Source: Rotaria socialis (lineage: Eukaryota). From it: a stretch of DNA of 64,000 nucleotides. The stretch is from positions 1 to 64,000 of the forward strand of contig CAJNYD010000006.1 in assembly GCA_905331295.1 (NCBI GenBank), written 5' to 3'. Of the stretch, positions 54,143 through 64,000 are shown one piece after another. Under the pieces are notes generated by a model. It ran no database searches and was not told where the DNA came from. It saw nothing but the letters and a program-made list of their open reading frames with translations. The first letter of the stretch is position 1. The number at the start of each line of letters is the position of its first letter. The translations under genes and the position numbers were made by a program.

Positions 54143-54312
54143 GAGAAAAAAACTGTTAGCGCAATCCCTGTGGGATTAAAATGTGAAACACGATGTGACT
54201 TCTTTTCTGGAGTTCGTCTATCACTGCCACTAATGGTCTGTGGAGCTTCTCTGTTATGGTCTGTATTATGATGTATGGAGTCTCTAGAAACCATCACAGA
54301 CTGTGACAGAGA
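54143..54312 (-). mobile_element. 3' fragment of the HINE-like family
   Basis: Reverse complement of ~2325-2491, with hairpin AATCCC-tgt-GGGATT and the GTGAAACACG subterminal repeat. Confidence 0.75.
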
Positions 54313-54321
54313 CCTCATAAG

Positions 54322-55179
54322 TAGTCATGCACCGAACCCGAGCTACCCGGGTTCGGTCGTACCCGGTATTCAGTACTACCCGGGTTTCATCCTTCCCAGA
54401 TTCGGCACTGGAATTCGAGGGTCTACTTATTCGTATCCTTCGAAGCATAGAAATGAATAACAAATAGTACCTATAGATCGATAATAATAAATGATTTTAT
54501 TTCAACGGTCTATGGTCTTTTCCTCAATCTATCATAGATAACCTTATTTATCAAGAAAGTATACAATTAAATGAGCTTTTACGAATATTTCTCTAGGACT
54601 CAGCTACAGGAAATTGTCGAATGGTTCTCATTATTGAAATGATCCTTCTGATAGTCTAAGTAGGGATGTGAGGATTCGAATACTACCAATACCAATACAA
54701 TTTAGTATTTTTGATAGCAATATTAGCACTATTAGTATCGATATTGTTAGTAGACCGATGGAAAAACTCATACATCGGCATTTCCGGAAAACTTAATAAG
54801 GAGAACCATTCGACGATTTCTTGTAGTTGAGTCCAAGATAAATATTAAGAGAGGCTCATTTGACTGTAACTGTTCCTGATAAATGAGATTAACTATGATA
54901 GGTTGAGCAAGGTAAAGAATCTTTGGCATGAATTCATCTTTTATCACCTACTATATATCCATAGGTGCTATTTATTATTCATTTCTATGCTTCGAAGGAT
55001 ATGAATAAGTAGACCAGCAAATCCCAGTACCGAATCTGGGTATAATGAAGCCCGAGTAGTACCGTGTACCCGGTATGACCGAACCCGGGTATAATGAAGC
55101 CCGAGTGGTACCGTGTACCCGGTATGACCGAACCCGGGTAGTACTGACCTGGTTTGTACTGGGGTTCGGCGCATGCCTA
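54322..55179. mobile_element. hAT-like MITE with long imperfect inverted arms and ACCCGGGT repeats
   Basis: TAGTCATGCACCGAACCC...GGGTTCGGCGCATGCCTA; arms 54322-54475 and 54960-55179; no matching TSD. Confidence 0.75.
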
Positions 55180-55931
55180 CCCACACCCACACCCTAGGGT
55201 ATCAGTGTGCGCTTTGCCAAAAAATGTGGGTGGGGATCTTAGCTTGTCAATCCGAGCATCATTCTAAGGAGGCGCGGTTTGATTTAGCAATGGATATTCT
55301 TCCTGCTTTGAGCGCCGTCATCCGAAAAACTATCATAACACAGTTAACCTTTAACTACGGTATCGTATGGCGTTCGATACGATTTCAGTTCGACCAGAGT
55401 CCTGAAAATCTCTGAATTCCTAGGAATTCGTAGGCACTCGTTCCGGAATATTCAACATCGCGGAATAGGTTGCATTCTCTTAGAATCTAATGACCTATTC
55501 TTATATATATATATATATATATATATAATAGAGGTGTAAAACGCTGCTATATTTTCAATTGAATTGATACGAAACGTTTTACTTGGAAATTTTACTCTTG
55601 TTTACCTGCGAATAGTGTGCCGAAGACAAAATAGAAGCTGATTGTGCTTATTCTGCGCACGTTTTGACTATCTGGTAAGTGAAGTGAATTTTTTTTGTTC
55701 ACAATTACTTCTAGATGGTTCTTTTTTCATTCTTTTTCGATAGATTCAGAGAGAGAAAAAGAAAGGGAAAAAAACCTTGAAATTTGTCGTAAGTACTCCT
55801 TCAGTAACAATAAAAAACAGAGCATAAGTGAGGCGTCAACATACAGAAATCAATAGAAGAATTTCTGCTGCTTAGAAATAGTTGGGTGTGGGGTGTAAGG
55901 TGTGATTTCAGAGAAGAGGTGCACCCACACC

Positions 55932-56085
55932 CAGGGGCGTAAGTCATGTCTCAGAGCAGGGGGGGGGCGTAAACAGCTCTTTTCCTATTACTTTTCGAAA
56001 GCAGGGGGCGTTACGGGGGGGGGGNNNNNNNNNNCCTGGGTGGCCTCCCCCCCCCCCCCCCCCCCCCCACCTATTTACGCTACTG
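55932..56085. mobile_element. Small hAT-like MITE inserted in a CCCACA repeat
   Basis: CAGGGGCGTAA...TTACGCTACTG termini and a perfect 8-bp TSD CCCACACC (55924-55931 / 56086-56093). Confidence 0.8.
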
Positions 56086-56200
56086 CCCACACCCACACCC
56101 TCAAGATCATTATTCCGACTATATCTGCATAGATCAAGACCATGAATTCAATTCATATTGATTAGCTAACTTTTTATTTTTAAAATGTGAACAAATCTGT

Positions 56201-58708
56201 TTAAACATCTTCATTATCTAAGTGTGGATTATATTCAAGTGTTTGAAGAAAATAGAGTAAATGTGCCATTTTAGGATTTGAATTTGATGTTGGTATTTGT
56301 TGAGTATCACCTGACAATGTACTAACACAAAAACTAGTCGATGGCGATAATTCATTGGTTAGTATTGAACTTAAATGACTTGTTGTTGAATTCATACGTG
56401 GTAATGTAAGAAGTTGTTCAGAACTTCCATGGGAACGACGCAGTGGACTCTAATACAAAAAATAAACAATAGCATATTTTTTTATAAGAAAGTAAAAACA
56501 AACAAGAGAAGTTTGAATAGATGGAATGGTTAATGCATTACTACTTCGTATTTCATATCTATTTAGAATAAAAAAGCAACATCGATTCTTTTTTTTATTG
56601 AAAAATGAATTTACTTGATATTATCGTTTGATATACAATCATACTCATAGGGCGATGCACTGGGATGTTGAGCGAAGGACATCTGTTTTTGTGATTCATT
56701 CGTAATAAAAAAAAGAAAAGAACGGAAAAACAAAATACATACCATACTTGAATGATTACTTGGAAGAAAAAGGGCACTATCAACATTCATTGAATCACTT
56801 CTCATACTACTATATGCAGTACTACCAGATTGAGCACTCATACGATGATGATGATGAATTGAACGAAATGCAACTTGATTTTGTTGACCTGTAGAAATAA
56901 AGCAATAGGGTGGTTCTAAAAACTAGCTTTGAGAATTTCAGGTAGAAAAATCATATAATTTCAAATATAAACTATCAATATATTAGAATTCATTAGTTTA
57001 CCTTTATTTGAAAAATTTTCATCACCCTCAGTTTCGCAAACGCCCGTAATATGTATTGCTGGTAGAATAGCCTTTTGTGTAATGTGTTTTAAAGAATTCA
57101 TGATGGGTGCTCGGTGAATGGGTAAAACAGTTGTAGTACCCATTGATAATTCTCCTAAATTATGTTCCAAAATCTAAACAAAAAGACGATTATAAAAATT
57201 TTAAAAAATAACATTTATCGTACATCAACATTTAATGAAACTCCATTATCGACAATCACATCTTCATCATCATCGTCATCATTATTATTTTCAATACGAA
57301 TATTCGATTGATTACTGAATCCACTTGAATAAGTTAACTACAAAAAGAAAACTGACGGTTAAAAATAAAAAAAAAGAACATTGACTAGCGTTTGAAATCA
57401 AAATTGTATTCGAAATATTCGTCTTTGTCTCGTCACATTGTTTTTCATTATTATCATCCGTACGTTTATGCTTCTTTTGTCGAAATGCATCTTCACCATG
57501 AATAGTTTTTACATGTTTTCTTAATGAACTTGGATCTGTATAGGATTTACCACATCCTACAATTTGACATACATATTCTTTCTAGAAAAACGAAATTTTC
57601 TTTCTGTTTTTAGACTTATTGAAAAAAAAAGATTCAAACTTTATTTAAATGTGTTCGTTTCATATGTTTAGTTCGATCGGACGGATTACTAAATGCTTTA
57701 GAACAATCTGCATATTCACATGGATATGGTTTTTCACCTATAAAGAAAAACAAAAATCTATTCGAAAATACAATTAAAATCAAGAACCTGTATGGGAGCG
57801 TTCATGTAAACGTAAATATTCTGCTCGTGTAAATGTTTTTGCACACCCCATATGTGAACATTGAAATGGTCGATCTTGTGTATGTGTTCGCAAATGAAGA
57901 AATAATGAATAAAGAGATTTAAATGGTATTCGACTGCGTGTACATGATTGCCATTGACATAACCATGTACGAGAATCAGTCCGATTAATATGAACAGATC
58001 GGATATGCTTGAGAAAAAAGAAACTATGGCGATCTTTTTTACTTATTAATATTTCGTACTTCTGTTAATTGAATTGGTGTTGAAAATAGCAGATCACAGC
58101 CGGACCATTGACATTGAATTTCATTCGGTTCGATTAATGGCGCGAGAACCTTGGTAAAATACATTTGCCTACAGTTAAAGATGTGAGTGCAAAAGAAAAA
58201 TATCATCATTACTCTAGGCGGAAGATAATCGGAACGTTGAACAGTTGAAATAAGATTTATTTCCATGGATTGTTGTTGCGATTGTATTAATATATTATCA
58301 GACATCGGAGAAAATGATAATGCACGTTTACCTTTACCATCGCTTGAGGAAAGTGATGGCGTTGATAATCGAGAATCTAAATAAATAAAGCGTTTAACAA
58401 CATTTGTTTTCTTGCAATTTTTTCATGATGGTACTTACGTTTCGTTGATGTTAGCGATGGTAACGTACATGATTTTGAACTTGAACTTTTTGAAGTGACT
58501 GATAACACGCCGGCATCATTTATTGAGCCAATTAAAGGTAATGCACCTTATTAGATATGCTTAATATAATCTTTCTTTGTCTTTTCTATTCTGAAAATGA
58601 CTTACCGAATGTGTGTTGAATGAATGTTCCAGTTTTCGTTACATTCGACCAATCGAGGGGTGTCATACTTGTAACTTTTAATAAATATTTCCGAATGTTC
58701 CTATTCAT
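56201..58708 (-). CDS. GLI: GLI/Cubitus interruptus-like five-finger C2H2 transcription factor, multi-exon (start 58708 or 58666)
   Basis: Fingers CQWSGC, CQWQSC, HLRTHT..RPFQC, GEKPYPC...[13 protein letters not shown] and [21 protein letters not shown]-type [11 protein letters not shown] and YDCIS motifs. Confidence 0.85.
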
Positions 58709-59400
58709 ATTTTGATGAACGTGCTATCTGGTTTGTTTACCGAACGACTGGCATCTATTTTTCACCACAATGAGATAAATGTGATAATGATGCTCATGCA
58801 CAATAGCACAAATCATGTCCTATTAACGCGAACATTTTTTGTTCGTTCCTGTTCGATGTTATAAAATTCTAATCAGTGTTGAAACACGTGTTCTGTTATC
58901 AAAATAATCAATTTGAAAAGTATAGTATTTCGCTGCTGAGTTTTACGGCAATGCTTTCATTGAGTGTCGTAAATGTCTTAAGGAAACATGAGCTGCAACA
59001 CACCTCTGAATATACAGTATGTCTCATTCATGATCAATTTTTATTTACTTGAAATTTGAGTCACTATGCATCAGAGAATTATTCACCTGTACGTCTATGC
59101 GTTCTGCCAATGACGTCATTAGCAGTAGATGCATCGCTAGCATAATCACCTATCTTCATAATCGCCACCCACTTTCTTTCTTCTCAAAGAATCTGAGAGT
59201 ATATTAACCAGCGTCATTCGTTCGAGAATTTATCAGACACAAATAGATTAACAGATTCCACATGGATCAACTACGAGATTTCAGTCCTAACGATATTCAA
59301 AATGGAATACTTGCGCAAATGTTTCGAAATGCTGGTATCAATGATGTTCATAGTTATATCGGTGAGGTTCATCAAATGAGCAATGACGAAAATTATATTC

Positions 59401-62400
59401 GGGTAAATCCGCCAGCTTTCTACCACTTTGTGGAAATATATTTTTTTCTCCATTTGAACGGTCTAGTTAGACGTATCATCGTCGAAAACGGTCAGGGATG
59501 ATAATTAAAAACTTTTTGGACACATAAAATAGGGTGATCCAAATCATTTCTTCGGAACAACTGCAGACATTTCATATTATAGATTGATTGTCAAAATATG
59601 TTTTATGTAACGGTCAAAAGGGTGTTCATTGCCGTTGCTATGACTCGCCTACGGTAGAATATACCATGAACTAGTTAATTCGAATGTCTTTCGCATTGCC
59701 AAAAGGCATTCAACATCATATTTCATATAGAAACTTTACAATTGTGAGGAAAAAGAAGGAAAATATCGATTAATATTTTTAAAAAGGTGCTCATGAACCT
59801 TATGCAGTACCATTCACCTCATGTTTCGATATGAGAACGTATTCTTGATGGGTCTAATCTACTTCGACTAGAAAACTCGATATATATATTACGACTTTAT
59901 TATGAAATATTAACTATTATATCAAATATAGTTCTCATTCTTTGATATGAATATCCCTGAAAAAATATTCGTACAAATATCACAGAAAAATCCTATCGAA
60001 AAGAGAATCTTTCACAGTTTTGAGAGCCAGAAGTTCTACGAAAACAAACTGTATTGTTGACCAAACCTTTGAAATCGTGCATGCTGCGAATACCATGAAT
60101 CGTTCCTTTTACAAAAACAGTAAGATTTAATAGTAAATAGTGAATAATTTCGAATTACCTTTTGATTTTAATTGTTCCTGTCTTGTATTGAGAACGTTTA
60201 CCTTATTTCTGTGAATTTCCACTTCTTCAAGAAAAAAAAGATCAATAGCAGGTTTTCGCCTTCCAGCAGCTGTAGCCGTTTCCAATTGATGTTTTTTAGA
60301 AAACTGGAAGAAATCGTAAGGGTTCGAGAGAAGAATATTTTTACTGAGGGTGATACGTCTTGCAGTTGATTTCAACACTGCTCCGATGCCATCACCGGGC
60401 CCCTTTCCATGACCAGTGGCGGTGAATACCCAATCAGCATCCATATTGAAATCGTCTTTATGGTAAGCCAAGTTCAGCATATTAGCATTGTTTTTGAAGT
60501 GAGAGCTTGCACCATCACTAAGATGAAAATGACAACTATTTTGTGTTGCGGTTCATAGTTGGATTTCAGGGATATGCAACCGGCTTCAAAATTTCAAAAC
60601 TAAAAACACTTCGATGACCTCGGCAAGCGTCAAAGAACTCACCGGTAATTACTAGACATCATGAATCTTCAAGATGATTGATGAACAACCAAATCCATTC
60701 TCTCCCCTCAATTGAACTACCAAACGAGAATTGTGATTGCTTCGTAGTTTAGTTTAACGTCTATCAAAATATGTTCTAATGTAGTATGAATAGCACCTTT
60801 CATTCGTCGAAATTCACAATGCAAGTCTCACACTATTACGTTATGCTTTCGTTTTGAATCAACTTTATTTACCTGACGTAGATGATTTTCTTAGCCAAAG
60901 GGATGTTTTTCTTTACATAATCAACAATGATTTGTTGAGCACAGTAAACAAATGCCACGTTATGTTCCATAGAGTTACTGATTATTGCCATATCAAAATG
61001 CTCTTTTCCAACAGTTAAATGTACCGTGAATAGAGATACTTGACTTTGAGAAAAGAAACCTTGTTGAACTTCACGTTGACGAATTAGCGTGTAGTTCATT
61101 GAGAAATCGATTTGAGCTACTACGAATGTAGTTTTTGTTGACTGCGCACGTAGATCAGAAATATAATCACGTTGCTTTCGATTGCAAAATGTATGTAACA
61201 TAAACAACGGCCATTGTTCTTCTATTTCAGCTAGGAGGGCTTCAATAGAACCGGTCATCCGTTGAAGATCAAATTTACTATTTCGTTGGTTATGTCCAAA
61301 GTGTCAAAGGGTAGAGACAGCGATGATGAACAAAGAATATGAAATGAATGAAGAGGATAATATGGATACCAGTAATGAAGAATCAAATGATGATAAATCG
61401 AGTCANGGTCATCCGTTGAAGATCAAATTTACTATTTAGTTTTTTCCAAAGAGTCCATGAATAGTTTTCATCAAGATCAACATTCATGTTTTCTGTAAGA
61501 ATGTCGATGATAGATTTCGTTGAGCATTGCTGACATTCACCAATAAAACAATCTTCCATATCATCTTGACACACCATTTGACTAGTAAGATCCTTTAGAT
61601 CGAATGTGTTCGATCTCATTGAAGAAGATTTGTTTTGTATGTTTTGACGATAATTATTCCACGCCTATAAACATTGTTTTATCGAAATTAATTAATTAAT
61701 GTAAGTAAATAGAAACTTAGATTAGGCTAAATGTCAGTGACGAACGTGTTGAAGATAGAAATAAATACGTACCTTGATTAATAGATTCATATTTTCATGT
61801 ATGATACAAATACATGTATCATGTGGTGATAGAATTTTTACATCACGAGGTCGTAACGAGTAAAATGTTGTACGAGCGGCCATGTTTGGAAAGCGTTCGT
61901 CAAATAATCGAAAGGCGTCTAATACACTCATTTCCATAAAACGAAGAGGTACTGTATTTCGATTAATTTGAATTGTATCTTTTGAATTTGGTGACGTGCG
62001 ACTAACACCTTCTTCACGGTAGAAATCGATGATAGTTGTAATGGTATCGTTTGAGATTGATGGATTGCCGCTGAAATATTGAGGAACAGCGAGAACACCT
62101 TCATTTTGTCGAAGTATAAGTGATTGACGAGCTTGGTGTTCAGTTGATTCAAACCTGATAACAAACAGTGTATTTATAAAGATTTTGTTAAAGAAATTGT
62201 ATTGAAGTGAAGCGCTCTATAACGAAATTCAACACTACTTACCATTTTCGAAGCTTCTCTCGGCCCCACGCTTCGGGAGCAATAGTTAGAAGACGAACTT
62301 GTTCAGAACAGTCGCTATCATTGAATAAACTTTTCAAACCGGTCAAAAGATCATTAGATTCTTGAACGAGAAGTCCATGTGGATCTGGATCGTTTTCTTG

Positions 62401-63707
62401 TACGGATTTCCCTTCAAGTACATCACATAAACTATGAAGATATTTATAAACTTGATCGATTTGAGAACGAATCGGGCGAGTTCTTGATCTAGTAAGAAAG
62501 AAACTTTTATAAAATTAAACAGCCTCTAAAACTTGCTTATCATGAATTGAATCCATTTCCAGTAATTTGAAAACCGCAGACAGCTGCCCTATCGCCTGTT
62601 CTTCACGATACGAAAGCTCCAGTAGCATATCATTGTCACTTTGCTCTTCATCAGAATCTTGCTGATCACTTTCGTTATCATTTTCTCCTTCATCATGACT
62701 CGATTTATCATCATTTGATTCTTCATTACTGGTATCCATATTATCCTCTTCATTCATTTCATATTCTTTGTTCATCATCGCTGTCTCTACCCTTTGACAC
62801 TTTGGACATAACCAACGAATATTCAACTCTTCAAAATCATAATGATCACGTAAGAAATTGAGGAGACGACAAGAGATACGACGTGAACCTGTTGCTTTGC
62901 TAGAAGAATCCGTATGCCTAGTTGGATGTTGACATAACTTTTGTCTTGGCATCTTTTAACTATTTTTATCCTGATGGATCAAAAGAAAATGAACTATGTT
63001 ATTCAAAAATACCCATCGACTATAATGTGTGAATCATCTAAAATATCTAATCGGTAGTTGACCATAAGTGACCATAGAGAGAAAATCACAAAGCAGATGT
63101 CATTCCGTGTCGAAATTTGTTTCTACTTAGAGATCAAATTGCAATAGCATATATTCTATGAAGCTAGATCTCCACCATTTGTTTGGCACTTTTTCATTAC
63201 GAATTTCTATCATCAAACTCATGTCCACATAATTATCTGATCAAAGTAGATTAGACCCATCAAGAATACGTTCTCATATCGAAACATGAGGTGAATGGTA
63301 CTGCATAAGGTTCATGAGCACCTTTTTAAAAATATTAATCGATATTTTCCTTCTTTTTCCTCACAATTGTAAAGTTTCTATATGAAATATGATGTTGAAT
63401 GCCTTTTGGCAATGCGAAAGACATTCGAATTAACTAGTTCATGGTATATTCTACCGTAGGCGAGTCATAGCAACGGCAATGAACACCCTTTTGACCGTTA
63501 CATAAAACATATTTTGACAATCAATCTATAATATGAAATGTCTGCAGTTGTTCCGAAGAAATGATTTGGATCACCCTATTTTATGTGTCCAAAAAGTTTT
63601 TAATTATCATCCCTGACCGTTTTCGACGATGATACGTCTAACTAGACCGTTCAAATGGAGAAAAAAATATATTTCCACAAAGTGGTAGAAAGCTGGCGGA
63701 TTTACCC
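59401..63707 (-). mobile_element. 4.3-kb DNA transposon with 464-bp TIRs (59401-59864 / 63244-63707), probably Sola2-like
   Basis: The arms read as exact reverse complements wherever compared; GGG...CCC termini; encloses a DDD transposase. Superfamily inferred from GRG termini, long TIRs and the DDD triad. Confidence 0.85.
59993..62952 (-). CDS. Intron-containing DDD transposase of the long-TIR element
   Basis: CICIIHEN and CFIGECQQC Cys motifs; QIDFSMNY, SDGASSHFKN and GHGKGPGDGIG carry the three acidic residues; the last exon ends RFSFR*. Confidence 0.8.
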
Positions 63708-64000
63708 TATATTGTTTGACAAAAATGAAAATAACATCCATGATGTTTTGCTTGAGGAAACTAAAAAAAGAACTGGTTAAAAGAAAAGTTCTCAAATAAT
63801 TACCTTTTCTCGAACTGCTTTTATTAAAGACTTTTCAAAGTCGAATGTTATTGTCATGGGATTAAAATTAAGCTGTAATCGAGTTGCATGAGTTTCTAAT
63901 TCGTCGAATAAGTGTTTGTAAATATTACTAGATTTACCTGTTAGTAATGCTATGGCACAAGGAAAACCTAATCAGAAAAAAGTATTTGTTAACGCCATGC

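Noticed and set aside
54968..55192. Repeated peptide ORFs and a regular repeat pattern resembling a CRISPR array
   Set aside because: Internal ~47-bp tandem duplication in a MITE arm; no unique spacers or cas genes, and the context is eukaryotic.
59262..59501. ORF sharing an identical C terminus with ORF 63607-63795
   Set aside because: The identity comes from reading into the two TIRs of the transposon.
61253..61436. Apparent disruption of the transposase by an inverted ~125-bp copy of 62696-62819 and a 30-bp duplication
   Set aside because: It lies directly against a single N join and removing it restores the exon; most likely a chimeric read or assembly artefact.

Overview
AT-rich eukaryotic DNA with short GT-AG introns, most consistent with a bdelloid rotifer. 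This is inferred from the intracellular ART, F-box/LRR and bacterial-style caspase genes and from scattered TGTGGG/CCCACA hexamers. A conserved core block (SUMO, BPTF/NURF301, CDP-DAG synthase, then a GLI/Ci-like zinc-finger gene) is flanked by accessory, defence-like DNA rich in MITEs. Main observation: six minus-strand exons spread over 12.0-27.9 kb all have phase-1 splice sites and join into one ~1373-aa open frame (R-S-E ADP-ribosyltransferase, TKL kinase, unknown helical-repeat domain, five Ig I-set domains, Cys-rich/Arg-Asp-Tyr tail). This gene and a caspase-like gene 26 kb away each sit behind copies of an old duplicated segment (GLI plus a putative non-coding leader exon), suggesting a swappable effector-cassette locus. 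Also present: a 1005-aa coiled-coil protein with a hydrophobic Pro turn at its midpoint, an intronless J-like/ankyrin/PARP-like gene, a broken PBZ-finger array, an F-box/LRR gene made of 84-nt exons, telomere-like hexamers at breakpoints and MITE targets, and a Sola2-like transposon with 464-bp TIRs. All gene models were read by hand from splice signals and have no transcript support.
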